From positions 4,216-68,215 of the forward strand of contig CBDURO010000004.1 in assembly GCA_965369995.1 (NCBI GenBank): DNA of 64,000 nucleotides. Direction: 5' to 3'. Of this stretch, positions 45,564-56,016 are shown piece by piece. Every line of letters begins with the position of its first letter. The first letter of the stretch is position 1. The translations under genes were made by a program, and so were the position numbers. The DNA comes from an uncultured bacterium (GTDB lineage: Bacteria; Fidelibacterota; Marinisomatia; Marinisomatales; JAHJCW01). The notes under the pieces are model-generated. The model did no database searches. It saw only the letters and a program-made list of their open reading frames with translations, and was not told the DNA's origin.

Positions 45564-47567
45564 CTAACCAAATTTAGTACCAAGTTCTTTTTCAAGTTTA
45601 GTTATTTCATCCCTCAAAGAAGCGGCTTTTTCAAATTCTAATTTCTCAGCGGCGTCTAACATTTCTCGCCGCATCATTTCTAAGGCAGCTTGCTTATCCA
45701 ATAAATCAAAATCGCTGCCGCTTCTTTTCGACTTATATTCAAATTCCTCTATTCGGTAGGCATCGGCTACGGCGGTAGTGTGCATCACATCTTCTACCGA
45801 TTTGTATATTGATTTCGGAGTAATCTTATGCAATTTATTGTATTCCTGTTGGATTGTCCGTCGTCTTGCTGTTTCGTCAATCAGATATTCCATTGCTTCC
45901 GTAACTCTATCTCCATACAAAATTACTTTACCTCCAATATTACGCGATGCTCTTCCGGCAACCTGCATTAATGAGCTCTTAGATCGTAAAAACCCCTGTT
46001 TATCAGCATCTAATACCGCTACTAGCGATACCTCCGGCAAATCCAAGCCTTCCCGCAACAGATTGATTCCAACAAGCACATCAAACTCACCTAACCGTAA
46101 ATCACGTAAAATCTTCACACGCTCAATAGATTTTACCTCTGAATGTAAATATTTTACTCTAAGATTCATACCTCGCAAGTATTCAGTTAAATCCTCCGAC
46201 ATACGTTTTGTTAATGTTGTAATTAGAGTACGTTCCTGCTTGGTTACGCGTTTACGGATTTCTCCAATTAAATCATCAATTTGTCCTTTGGTTCCTCGAA
46301 CTTCTACCTCAGAATCAATCAAACCCGTAGGACGTATTATTTGCTCAACTATAACACCATTACTAAGTTCCAGTTCTGTATCAGCCGGAGTAGCGGAAGC
46401 AAATATTATCTGATTTTGCAATGGTAAAAATTCGTCAATTTTTAAGGGGCGATTATCCAAAGCACTTGGTAATCTAAATCCATAATCCACTAAAACTTCC
46501 TTACGTTTCCTATCTCCGTTATACATTCCCCTAATTTGTGGTAATGACACATGCGATTCATCCAAAATTGTAATAAAATTCTTCGGGAAAAAATCGATTA
46601 ACGTCCAAGGTCTTTCACCCGGTTTCCGATTTGCAAAATAGCGTGAGTAATTTTCAATTCCGGAACAATAACCGACTTCACGCATCATTTCTAAATCGAA
46701 ATTTGTTCTCTGTTCAATCCGTTGCGCTTCGAGTAATTTACCTTGTGATTGCAGTTCTTGAAGTCTGTCTTTTAATTCCAATTTGATTTCACCAATCGCT
46801 TTTAAAACCGTATCTCTTTCAGTAACAAAATGTTTGGCAGGGAATATTGCTGCAGAGTTCATTTCTCTCACAATTTCACCGGTAATTGGATCAAATGATG
46901 AAATATTATCTATTTCGGAACCAAATAATTCAATTCGTAAACATGTATCAGTATAAGCTGGATATAATTCAATTACATCTCCTCTAACACGGAAATTTCC
47001 GCGCTCCAAAACCATATCATTCCTGACATAGAAAATGTTAATTAATTGTGATAATAATGAACGTCGTTCAATTGATTTACCTTTTTTCAATTTAACTACA
47101 TTTTTTTCGTAATCGCTAGGTGACCCGATACCATAAATACACGAAACCGAACTGACTACTATAACATCTTTCCGTTCAATTAAGGAACTTGTGGTTTTCA
47201 AGCGTAATTTGTCAATTTCATCGTTCATCGAAAAATCTTTTTCGATAAATGTATCGGTCACAGGTAAATAGGCTTCCGGCTGATAATAATCATAATAACT
47301 GATAAAATATTCTACTGCATTATCTGGAAAAAGCGTTTTGAATTCTCCATATAGTTGAGCAGCCAAAGTTTTATTATGCGAAATAATTAAAGTCGGTCTT
47401 TGTACTTTTTCGATAACTTTGGCAATTGTATAAGTTTTTCCAGAACCCGTCACACCAAGTAGAGTTTGATGTTTAGTACCTTGCTTTAATCCGTCTACTA
47501 ACTCATTAATTGCGGAAGGTTGATCACCGCTTGGCTCATAATTGGAACGTACTTTAAACTCTGCCAT
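45564..47567 (-). CDS. uvrB: Excinuclease ABC subunit B
   Basis: GVTGSGKTYT, the beta-hairpin region YYDYYQPEAY, helicase motifs and the C-terminal UVR domain. Confidence 0.97.
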   Translation of the reverse strand: MAEFKVRSNYEPSGDQPSAINELVDGLKQGTKHQTLLGVTGSGKTYTIAKVIEKVQRPTLIISHNKTLAAQLYGEFKTLFPDNAVEYFISYYDYYQPEAYLPVTDTFIEKDFSMNDEIDKLRLKTTSSLIERKDVIVVSSVSCIYGIGSPSDYEKNVVKLKKGKSIERRSLLSQLINIFYVRNDMVLERGNFRVRGDVIELYPAYTDTCLRIELFGSEIDNISSFDPITGEIVREMNSAAIFPAKHFVTERDTVLKAIGEIKLELKDRLQELQSQGKLLEAQRIEQRTNFDLEMMREVGYCSGIENYSRYFANRKPGERPWTLIDFFPKNFITILDESHVSLPQIRGMYNGDRKRKEVLVDYGFRLPSALDNRPLKIDEFLPLQNQIIFASATPADTELELSNGVIVEQIIRPTGLIDSEVEVRGTKGQIDDLIGEIRKRVTKQERTLITTLTKRMSEDLTEYLRGMNLRVKYLHSEVKSIERVKILRDLRLGEFDVLVGINLLREGLDLPEVSLVAVLDADKQGFLRSKSSLMQVAGRASRNIGGKVILYGDRVTEAMEYLIDETARRRTIQQEYNKLHKITPKSIYKSVEDVMHTTAVADAYRIEEFEYKSKRSGSDFDLLDKQAALEMMRREMLDAAEKLEFEKAASLRDEITKLEKELGTKFG

Positions 47568-47665
47568 AATGGCTAAAATTACGTCGATACATCAATTTAG
47601 GTCAATGGCAGAGAATATTAATTGCATATACTTAAATGCATTACTAAATAAAACTATGATAGACA

Positions 47666-47694
47666 TTGACTTATACAAAATATCAAAATAATTT
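47666..47694 (+). promoter_or_regulatory. Candidate promoter for rpsT
   Basis: TTGACT-17 nt-TAATTT, about 34 nt upstream of the rpsT ATG. Sequence match only. Confidence 0.35.
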
Positions 47695-47727
47695 CTCGCC
47701 CTAAATAAAAAGGAATATTAATACTTA

Positions 47728-47985
47728 ATGGATAGACACGCACAACAAATTAAACGCGAACGACAAGATAAAGCCCGTGGTGAAATAAACTCACGCAACA
47801 GATCAAAAATGCGTACACTTATTAAAAAGGTTTTAGCAACAAAAGATCAAAAGAAAGCCGAAAGTTTTTATAAAGAGACTGTTAGCTTTATTGATAAAAT
47901 GGCTTCGAAAAATTTAATTCATAAAAAAACAGCCGGACGTCGCAAAGCTTTAATTACCCGCCATTTAAATTCAATTACAAAGTAA
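47728..47985 (+). CDS. rpsT: 30S ribosomal protein S20
   Basis: 85-aa basic protein. ...AQQIKRERQDKARGEINSRNRSKMRTLIKK... follows the S20 pattern. Confidence 0.9.
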   Translation: MDRHAQQIKRERQDKARGEINSRNRSKMRTLIKKVLATKDQKKAESFYKETVSFIDKMASKNLIHKKTAGRRKALITRHLNSITK

Positions 47986-48010
47986 TCATTTAATATTATT
48001 TATAATTGAT

Positions 48011-49480
48011 CTAATTATCTGACACTTGATAATTAGGCGATTCTTTTACTATTCGCACTTCGTGGGGATGGCTTTCTTTAATTCCTGCTGCTGAAATTTG
48101 TATAAATTTTGAATTTTTACCAAATTCCTTAATAGTTTTTACACCACAATATCCCATAGACGACCTAACGCCACCTAATAATTGATGAATCGCATTACTG
48201 ACAGCACCTCTGTAAGGAACCATCCCTTCAATTCCTTCCGGAACTAATTTGGTTGCTTCCGTCCCTTCTTGGAAATATCTATCACCACTGCCCTGGCTCA
48301 TAGCACCTAAAGAACCCATTCCGCGATACGCTTTGTATTGTCTCCCTTCGTATAAAATTGATTCACCGGGGCTTTCCTCCATTCCGGCTAACAAACTGCC
48401 TAGCATTACTACGTCAGCACCGGCTGCTATCGCTTTAGCGATGTCACCACTATATCGAATACCACCATCCGCGATCACTGGAATATTATGTTTTCTTGCT
48501 TCATCAACTCCGTCCATTATTGCTGAAAGCTGCGGAACGCCGACCCCTGCAATTACTCTCGTTGTGCAACTTGCACCCGCTCCAATACCAATTTTTACGG
48601 AATCTACACCACTATCGATTAATGCTTTAGTGCCATCAGCTGTGGCAACATTCCCAACAATTAAATCGGTATTTCCAATCTTAGATTTAATTGTTTCAAC
48701 GGTGTTTAACACTCCTTTGGAATGACCATGCGCAGTATCAATGACAATAGCATCAACTTCAGCTTGACTCAATGCTACTGCACGTTCAATGGCATCTTTG
48801 CCAACGCCTACTGCCGCCGCAACCCGCAATCTTCCACTTTTATCTTTACATGAATTAGGAAACTCTTCCTTTTTCTGAATATCTTTTACAGTTATTAATC
48901 CAACTAACTCGCCATTTTTATCTACTACCAATAATTTCTCGATTCGGTATTTTTGTAATATTTCTTTTGCTTTTTCCAGTGTCGTCCCAATCGGAACAGT
49001 GATCAAATTTTCAGACGTCATCCTTTCAGTTACCAATAGTGAAAGGTCATCTTCAAATCTGATATCCCTATTAGTTAGAATACCTTTTAATTTCTTTCCA
49101 TCGATCACAGGAAGTCCGCTGATTCTATATTTAGCCATTAAAGCTTTTGCTTCACCAATTGATTTATCCATATCTAAAGTGATTGGATTCATAATCATTC
49201 CACTTTCCGACCGCTTAACAATATCAACCATCTCTACTTGACGTGCTATACTTAAATTCTTGTGAATCACTCCCATTCCACCAGCACGCGCTAAAGCGAT
49301 TGCCATTGCTGATTCCGTTACGGTATCCATTGCAGCGCTTAAAATTGGAATATTTAACGAAATTGATTTTGTTAATCGAGTAGATAGATCAACACCTCGA
49401 GGAAGTATTGATGATTTCTGCGGAACAAGTAAAACATCATCAAAAGTTAACGAATATTTAAATGGGGGACGATTACTCAT
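48011..49480 (-). CDS. guaB: IMP dehydrogenase
   Basis: A CBS pair is inserted in a TIM barrel. The catalytic loop is GIGAGASCTTR. It also has GGIRYSGDIAKA. Confidence 0.95.
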   Translation of the reverse strand: MSNRPPFKYSLTFDDVLLVPQKSSILPRGVDLSTRLTKSISLNIPILSAAMDTVTESAMAIALARAGGMGVIHKNLSIARQVEMVDIVKRSESGMIMNPITLDMDKSIGEAKALMAKYRISGLPVIDGKKLKGILTNRDIRFEDDLSLLVTERMTSENLITVPIGTTLEKAKEILQKYRIEKLLVVDKNGELVGLITVKDIQKKEEFPNSCKDKSGRLRVAAAVGVGKDAIERAVALSQAEVDAIVIDTAHGHSKGVLNTVETIKSKIGNTDLIVGNVATADGTKALIDSGVDSVKIGIGAGASCTTRVIAGVGVPQLSAIMDGVDEARKHNIPVIADGGIRYSGDIAKAIAAGADVVMLGSLLAGMEESPGESILYEGRQYKAYRGMGSLGAMSQGSGDRYFQEGTEATKLVPEGIEGMVPYRGAVSNAIHQLLGGVRSSMGYCGVKTIKEFGKNSKFIQISAAGIKESHPHEVRIVKESPNYQVSDN

Positions 49481-49487
49481 ATAATAT

Positions 49488-51014
49488 TTATTTTAATGAT
49501 ACATTATTTAATACAGACTTTACAATTTTACCGGAACAAATTAATTCAGCAATTACTTCTAAATCTTTACTATAGGGATGATCACCCTGTTGCATTTTGA
49601 CATGTCTTTTTAACAGGTTTAGTACAGGTTTAGTGCCAATACCGGAATTTAATTTTTTATGAAATAATATTGATGCGCGAGCCGCAACTAATAATTCTGC
49701 TGCCAAAATATAGGTTACATTCTCAATAATTCGTAATGTTTTCCTTCCTGCCCATGGTGCCATACTAACAATATCTTCTTGTCCGGCTGAAGTCGAAATT
49801 GAATCAACACTCGCTGGATGAGCTAATGTTTTATTTTCCGATGCTAAAGCGGCAGCGGTAACATGAACTATCATACATCCTGATTCTATGCCCGGTTGGC
49901 TCACAACAAAAGGAGGAATAGATGGTTCAATTCCTTTCATAAAATAATTAATCCGCCTTTCCGAAATGGCACCTATTTCACTTATTGCAATTGCAAGATT
50001 ATCCATCGCTTGAGCGACATATTCAGCATGAAAATGACCCGAACTGTATACTGAGCCATCTGGCAATATTAACGGATTATCGCTTACACTATTGATTTCA
50101 TGTTCGATTATTTGTTTAGAATTTTGATAGGATTCACGACTGGCACCGTGTATATGTGGAATACAGCGAATACTATAAGGATCTTGAACTTTTTCACAAT
50201 TATTATGTGATGCAACTATTTCACTACTTTTAAGCAAATCCCAAATATTTTTTGCTACTAATTGTTGCCCTTTATGATCCTTTAATTTGTGGATACTCGC
50301 TTTAAACACTTGACGAGATGATAAACTTGCTTCTACGGATAATGCACCAACAATATCTGCAGTAAGAAATAAATTTTGAGCAGCGTTCAATGCTTTTACC
50401 GCAAATGCTGTAGATACTTGAGTCCCATTGATCAAACTCAGTCCTTCTTTTGGATGCAATATCAATGGTTCTAATCCAATTTCTTTTAAGGCAAGCATAC
50501 CTGGAATAATTCGATCTCGAAAATGTACCTCTCCCTCACCAATTAATGCTAAAGCCATGTGCGCCATTGGAGCAAGATCACCGCTCGCCCCAACCGACCC
50601 TTTTCGCGGAATTACAGGTAATAGATCATGATTTAAAAATTTAACGATTTGGTCGGCTACAGCTTTACGAATTCCACTCACACCTTTTGCATAAGTCAAT
50701 AATTTTAAAAACATTATTATCCTGACTAAGCCAAATTCTATCGGTTTACCGATTCCAACAGCGTGACTTTGAATTAAATTCAATTGTAGCTGCATTTGAT
50801 CTTTTGTATCAATTGAAACCTGACTTAATTTTCCAAAACCGGTATTCACACCATAAATCTTTACATTCTTCTTCAGTAAATCAGTAAAAATACGATGGGA
50901 ATCATTAATGGATTTTTTAACTTGAGTGGTTAAGCGAACTCTGACAGGATGTTCTAAGAATTGTTTAAAATCCTCAATAGAATACTTCTTGTGCGCAACG
51001 GGTATGGTAGACAT
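49488..51014 (-). CDS. hutH: Histidine ammonia-lyase family (MIO-dependent aromatic amino-acid lyase)
   Basis: MIO-forming triad in GSVGASGDLAPMAH, plus NTGFGKL and SHAVG. Confidence 0.85.
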   Translation of the reverse strand: MSTIPVAHKKYSIEDFKQFLEHPVRVRLTTQVKKSINDSHRIFTDLLKKNVKIYGVNTGFGKLSQVSIDTKDQMQLQLNLIQSHAVGIGKPIEFGLVRIIMFLKLLTYAKGVSGIRKAVADQIVKFLNHDLLPVIPRKGSVGASGDLAPMAHMALALIGEGEVHFRDRIIPGMLALKEIGLEPLILHPKEGLSLINGTQVSTAFAVKALNAAQNLFLTADIVGALSVEASLSSRQVFKASIHKLKDHKGQQLVAKNIWDLLKSSEIVASHNNCEKVQDPYSIRCIPHIHGASRESYQNSKQIIEHEINSVSDNPLILPDGSVYSSGHFHAEYVAQAMDNLAIAISEIGAISERRINYFMKGIEPSIPPFVVSQPGIESGCMIVHVTAAALASENKTLAHPASVDSISTSAGQEDIVSMAPWAGRKTLRIIENVTYILAAELLVAARASILFHKKLNSGIGTKPVLNLLKRHVKMQQGDHPYSKDLEVIAELICSGKIVKSVLNNVSLK

Positions 51015-51077
51015 AGATAAATTTATGATATTAATCCATTATTGTACAACTTTGGAAATTGCGAATAATAATGTATT

Positions 51078-53894
51078 TTACGCCAATTCATTTATATTAG
51101 TGAACACTTGCATCTGAACCGGAATTGCTTCGCTAAAATTTGTTCCGTAGCGTTTTGTGACTATCCTGTCATCTAATACAATAAAAATACCTTCATCTGT
51201 CATTGTACGGATTAATCTTCCAAATCCTTGTCTAAATCGAATAACGGATTCGGGTACAGCGAAACTAATAAATGAATTATCACCTAACATCTCAAGCATT
51301 TCAGAATATGCTCTTATTGTTGGTTCTGTTGGTACATCAAATGGAAGTTTTGTTATGATAAGAATTTGTAATAAATCACCCGGTAAATCCACACCTTCCC
51401 AAAATGCTGAAGTTCCTAATAATACGCCATTTGGCGTCCTTTTCATACCGTCTATTAATGATTGTCTTGATGAATTAAATATCTGGGCAAAAATAGGTAA
51501 ATCTTTTCCAATTGAACTTTTTTTCAATTCGTTATAAACACCTGTTAGAGTTTTCCGTGCGGTAAAAAGTACCATTATCCGTTGATTATATTTTTGACTT
51601 ACCAATTCTATTATTTTTGCAATTGAAACCGAATCCGAGGTTATACTTTTGCGATTTCCATACTGTAAATATGTAACTTGATCTTCATAATAAAAAGGAC
51701 TTGGGAAATAATCTGTCTTTACTGTTTTATCTGTGATTCTATCAAGTCCGGTGCGTCGAAAATAATAATCAAATCCGCTATTAACTCGAAGAGTCGCGGA
51801 AGTTAAAACGCAGTAGGCAATATTTTTAAAAAATAATGAACTCAATTTTTCGGATACATCAACCGGTGAAGCATGCAACGATAACATTAATTCTTTGATA
51901 CCGTTTCTTTCCTTAAAATCTCCTTCTTTCCAATACACATTTTCCGGTTTCTGCTCGGAAGTCAATAATATTACGTTGTTTATAAGTCCGCTTAATATAT
52001 CTTTTTGTTGAGCTAAAACTTGATGTAATTCATCATAATCTTTGCGTTCAGGATCTTTTTCCAATAAAGTGTTCGCTGTTTTTTCAATGGTAATATGCAA
52101 CCCTTTTAAAGCATCAACTAACTGTTCTAATTCGTCCGCTGCTGAAATATATTCTTCCTCAAGTTTGTTAATTATATTTTTTTGTGTATAGACCGAATCT
52201 TTGTTGAATTCTGCATCTACATTGTTTCCGTATTTTTCGAAAAAGGCTCTTAATGTCTTTATCGCAAATGCGACTTCTTCACTCATCGCTTTTTGCAAAG
52301 CGATAAATTCCGGATACAAACCACCTATAGCGCCTAACATATTATTCCAACGCTTATTGCCCCGATATTTCGGATCAATACTCTGCAGATACGATACGTA
52401 CCCGATTTGATCCATTTCATGACTTAGCTGCTTGTAGGCAACCGAGATTAAATTATGCGCCTCATCAATTATAACGGTGTTAAACATCGGTAGAAAGCCC
52501 GGCATAGTAATTTCCGATAGCAAAAGAGCATGATTTACGATTATAATTGAAGCTTCGTATAAATCACGTCTCACTCGACCAAAAAAGCAACCATTATTGC
52601 TAGCACATAATTTTGTGGTACAAAAGCCGGATTCGCTTTGCACCAAAAAAGCAATTTTCCCGGGACGTGAATTCCAAAATCCGTTACATTCTGAAAGGTC
52701 TCCGGTATTTGTCCACTCTAACCAGACTAATAATGGTAGTATTTTTTCAATTTCCTTTTCGTTTAGTGTTTTAGTCGCATCAGCGATTAACCAGTTTAGT
52801 CGCGTTAAGCAGATGTAATTATTTCTTCCTTTTAATTTTACCGCTTTGACGGAAATATCTAAGGCATCAGCAATAACCGGTAAATCTTTATAAAATAATT
52901 GATCTTGTAAATTTTTTGTATAACAAGAGATTATCACAGGACCCTTCTCGACAAATTGTTCCGTTCGCTTTAAAGCTGGAAATAAATATGCAAAGGATTT
53001 CCCTAAGCCTGTTCCGGCTTCAACTACACCTATCTGAGCTTCACCGTTAATTATATCATCCACAAAATTTGAATATTCTATTTGTTGAGACCTTTTCTCA
53101 TAGCCATCTAAAACACTACTTAATATGCCACCTTCCCCCAATACGTCTTCTGCGGCTAAACTATTAATTGATTGTTTGCCATCATGAAAGTACACATTGT
53201 CTTGCACATTATGATTTTCTTTAGATTTAGTTAACCCTTTTTTTATTTCACCTGATTTAGTGAGCTCATTGGCAATATTTATAAATAACGCTTTATTATG
53301 TAATTCAGTACTTTTTAAAAGTGCTAATATCTTCGATATAACATGTAATGAATAACTTGCTGCTTCTTCTATAAGATTTAAAAATACAATTCCACAGTTC
53401 TCGGTGTCTTTTTCCGCACGGTGCGACCCTTCTGCTGACAGTCCATAATATTCTGAGACTACTCCTAAATTAAAAGCCGGTAAATGATATAAAAAAGTAC
53501 GTGCCAATGGTAGCGAATCATATAAATCCGGTTCAATAAATTTTGTATTATGACGTTTTGCTAATTCCCTTAAAAAGGCAATATCAAATAGCGTATTGTG
53601 AGCAACAATAGGTGAATTTCCTATAAATTTTAATAATTCATCAACAATATCCTCTTCCAAAGGAGCATCTTTTACCATTTCATTGGAGATGTTTGTAATG
53701 TTTATAATGAAATCCGGAATCGGACGACCGGGATTCACTAATTTTACAAATTTATCAGTGGCTTTGCCATCGGTAAACCGTATCGCAGCTACTTCGATTA
53801 TTCTATCATTTACCGAATCAACTCCGGTAGTTTCAAAATCTAAAGCTATAAAATCAGATAGATTTAATGTTTTTAACAGGTTACTTATATTCAT
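51078..53894 (-). CDS. dinG: DinG-family helicase with an N-terminal DnaQ-like 3'-5' exonuclease domain
   Basis: The exonuclease motifs are FIALDFETTG and IVAHNTLFDIAFL. They are followed by the helicase Walker A AGTGLGKS and DEAH-like IIDEAHNL. Confidence 0.88.
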   Translation of the reverse strand: MNISNLLKTLNLSDFIALDFETTGVDSVNDRIIEVAAIRFTDGKATDKFVKLVNPGRPIPDFIINITNISNEMVKDAPLEEDIVDELLKFIGNSPIVAHNTLFDIAFLRELAKRHNTKFIEPDLYDSLPLARTFLYHLPAFNLGVVSEYYGLSAEGSHRAEKDTENCGIVFLNLIEEAASYSLHVISKILALLKSTELHNKALFINIANELTKSGEIKKGLTKSKENHNVQDNVYFHDGKQSINSLAAEDVLGEGGILSSVLDGYEKRSQQIEYSNFVDDIINGEAQIGVVEAGTGLGKSFAYLFPALKRTEQFVEKGPVIISCYTKNLQDQLFYKDLPVIADALDISVKAVKLKGRNNYICLTRLNWLIADATKTLNEKEIEKILPLLVWLEWTNTGDLSECNGFWNSRPGKIAFLVQSESGFCTTKLCASNNGCFFGRVRRDLYEASIIIVNHALLLSEITMPGFLPMFNTVIIDEAHNLISVAYKQLSHEMDQIGYVSYLQSIDPKYRGNKRWNNMLGAIGGLYPEFIALQKAMSEEVAFAIKTLRAFFEKYGNNVDAEFNKDSVYTQKNIINKLEEEYISAADELEQLVDALKGLHITIEKTANTLLEKDPERKDYDELHQVLAQQKDILSGLINNVILLTSEQKPENVYWKEGDFKERNGIKELMLSLHASPVDVSEKLSSLFFKNIAYCVLTSATLRVNSGFDYYFRRTGLDRITDKTVKTDYFPSPFYYEDQVTYLQYGNRKSITSDSVSIAKIIELVSQKYNQRIMVLFTARKTLTGVYNELKKSSIGKDLPIFAQIFNSSRQSLIDGMKRTPNGVLLGTSAFWEGVDLPGDLLQILIITKLPFDVPTEPTIRAYSEMLEMLGDNSFISFAVPESVIRFRQGFGRLIRTMTDEGIFIVLDDRIVTKRYGTNFSEAIPVQMQVFTNINELA

Positions 53895-55081
53895 TAATAA
53901 CCCATAAAAACTTTAGCAACATCAATTAATAAAGATGGTTTCAGTGGAATACAAGCCCTGAATAATCTTGCAATACTGCGCTTATCTATTGGAAGTTTAT
54001 TCACTTTTTCAATAATCCTATTTAAATCCTTATCATTCAATTTATTCACTGCTTTTTTTATCCTATATAACCTATTAATTTGTTTTCCTTCACTATTCAT
54101 CCAACGTTTTTGATATTCAAATAAATTCATTTTAGAAGTTTCTAAACCGTTTTTCAATACCCTAACAGCAACATCTGCCGCTTTAGCTGCACTTTTCATT
54201 CCTAATATTATTCCGCCACCGGATAACGGATTAACGGTTCTTGCCGCATCACCGATTAACATTACACCATCTGTTACCATTTGTTCAATAGGTTTGGAAA
54301 GTGGAATTCCTCCGACTGAAATTGATTCTACTTTATGATTTGGATATTTTGAATCTATGAACTTATTTAATCTTTTTTTAGCAGATTCACCCTTAATCGC
54401 GCTTTTCCCTGAAATTCCAATCCCGATATTTGCTATATCTTTTCCTTTAGGAAATATCCATATATAACCGTCCGGAGCTAATTTATTCGAGACATAAAAA
54501 TAACAAACATTCCTATTTACTTTAATACCGGATATTGTTTTTTGATAGCCAGAATCAATATCATTTAAGTTTAATTTAGTATTTATACCTGCCATTCTTC
54601 CAATACGACTTTCTACGCCATCTGCACCAATCACTAATTTGGATTTTATTTCAAAAGGTTCACTATTACATATCCCTTTAACACCAATTACTTTATCATT
54701 TTCAAATAACAAACCATTTACATAAGCATTTGTAACAACTGTTGCACTTTCATCTGCTGCAAATTTTACTAAATCATTGTCAAAAATTTTACGGTTCAGT
54801 ATGTAACCTTTCTCTTGTAATTTGACTGTTGTGCTACTTCCATTTGGTGCAACAAAACAAAATTTGTCAATTGTTGCCGCTACCCATTCAGGTTGAGGTT
54901 CGTGGAATAAACGCAATCCTGAATCCATTACACCTTCACCACATCTTACCGGTATACCGATTTTACTTTTTCTATCTAACAGAAGTACAGAAAGTCCTTT
55001 ACTTGCCGCTATTCTTGCGAATGTAGAACCGGCAGGACCTGCTCCAACTACGACAATATCAGTCTTTTTCGTGTTCCACAT
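53894..55081 (-). CDS. Geranylgeranyl reductase-family flavoprotein
   Basis: DIVVVGAGPAGSTFA...LLLDRKSKIGIPVRCGEGV. The PVRCGEG motif is characteristic of archaeal and bacterial GGRs. 395 aa. Confidence 0.8.
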   Translation of the reverse strand: MWNTKKTDIVVVGAGPAGSTFARIAASKGLSVLLLDRKSKIGIPVRCGEGVMDSGLRLFHEPQPEWVAATIDKFCFVAPNGSSTTVKLQEKGYILNRKIFDNDLVKFAADESATVVTNAYVNGLLFENDKVIGVKGICNSEPFEIKSKLVIGADGVESRIGRMAGINTKLNLNDIDSGYQKTISGIKVNRNVCYFYVSNKLAPDGYIWIFPKGKDIANIGIGISGKSAIKGESAKKRLNKFIDSKYPNHKVESISVGGIPLSKPIEQMVTDGVMLIGDAARTVNPLSGGGIILGMKSAAKAADVAVRVLKNGLETSKMNLFEYQKRWMNSEGKQINRLYRIKKAVNKLNDKDLNRIIEKVNKLPIDKRSIARLFRACIPLKPSLLIDVAKVFMGY

Positions 55082-55256
55082 AACTCATAACTTCAATTGG
55101 GCAAACATAGATACACAATTTACATTCTGTGCATTTATTAAAATTGATTTCGATATTTTTTTCGAATAATTCGATACAATCAACCGGACACACAGCTACA
55201 CACGCACCACAAAAATCGCACTCATCTTTGTCAACTTTGATCATCTGAAACGCCAA
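55059..55256 (-). CDS. 2x[4Fe-4S] ferredoxin
   Basis: CDFCGACVAVCP and CTECKLCIYVCP. 65 aa. It overlaps the GGR start by 23 nt. Confidence 0.85.
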   Translation of the reverse strand: MAFQMIKVDKDECDFCGACVAVCPVDCIELFEKNIEINFNKCTECKLCIYVCPIEVMSYVEHEKD

Positions 55257-56016
55257 AGGTAGGATATACTCTTTGATAACGCAAATAATTATAACAACGT
55301 AATATAAAGAAAAGTAATAATAATGGAATTAAAAACCATGCTTCCCGTGAAACAACGAACATGGCAAAAATAAATATCGGATAGAACTTGGCTCGTTCTA
55401 AATGACGAATATGTTTGCCGAAAAGTAATACTACGAGAAATGGTAATGATACAATTGAAGCTGTGCTGATTACAGGATCATCAATAGTATAGCCAATTAT
55501 TCCAGCGACTATCAATAATAAAATCGCAATTCCGGTTTTAATATTTTTTTCATTCTGTGAAATAATTATCCGTTTAGATTTATCACATTTTATGGTATGT
55601 ATTAAATATATAGCCAAATATGCAATAACATATAAAATAGTGTTAATTATGGATATCGTAATAAATAATAAAAAACCAATTCCAAAAAGCACATATGATA
55701 ACATCAGATGATACGCTATTGATTTATATGAAGCGGATATATCATTTATCGGTATATATCTATGTTTAAATCCTAAGAATCCAATGATTAATGTGATTAT
55801 GATAATCCCAATCAAACCAATTTTCCAATCACTCCAATCCCAAAAATAGAATCTATCAGTTTGTGCTTTTCCTGCTGCTATTCCTGCTACAAATATTGTC
55901 CAAATACCAAATAACTGAGCAGGAAACCATTCAATAATTTTATCAAATGATTTAGCTATTTGCGCCAACTTTTCATATCGTTGGGAACCAACGGGAGCAT
56001 ATCTTGCTAATAACAT
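55231..56016 (-). CDS. Hypothetical polytopic membrane protein
   Basis: 261 aa with about 7 hydrophobic segments. No UbiA-type Asp-rich motifs seen. It overlaps both neighbouring genes. Confidence 0.5.
   Translation of the reverse strand: MLLARYAPVGSQRYEKLAQIAKSFDKIIEWFPAQLFGIWTIFVAGIAAGKAQTDRFYFWDWSDWKIGLIGIIIITLIIGFLGFKHRYIPINDISASYKSIAYHLMLSYVLFGIGFLLFITISIINTILYVIAYLAIYLIHTIKCDKSKRIIISQNEKNIKTGIAILLLIVAGIIGYTIDDPVISTASIVSLPFLVVLLFGKHIRHLERAKFYPIFIFAMFVVSREAWFLIPLLLLFFILRCYNYLRYQRVYPTFGVSDDQS

Noticed and set aside
45778-46413. A 211-aa plus-strand ORF opposite uvrB. Similar antisense ORFs occur at 48249..48725 (guaB), 22197..22652 (dnaX), 44246..44626 (sigma-54 activator/galE) and 51157..51537 (dinG).
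   Set aside because: All are antisense to well-supported conserved genes, are Ser/Ile/Leu/Pro-rich, and lack start context. They are treated as non-coding.
47624-47640. The palindrome TGCAT-n7-ATGCA upstream of uvrB as a possible SOS/LexA operator.
   Set aside because: It does not match the LexA box types I know (CTGT-n8-ACAG or GAAC-n4-GTTC). The arms are only 5 bp, and no similar site was seen at the cinA-recA operon or dinG.
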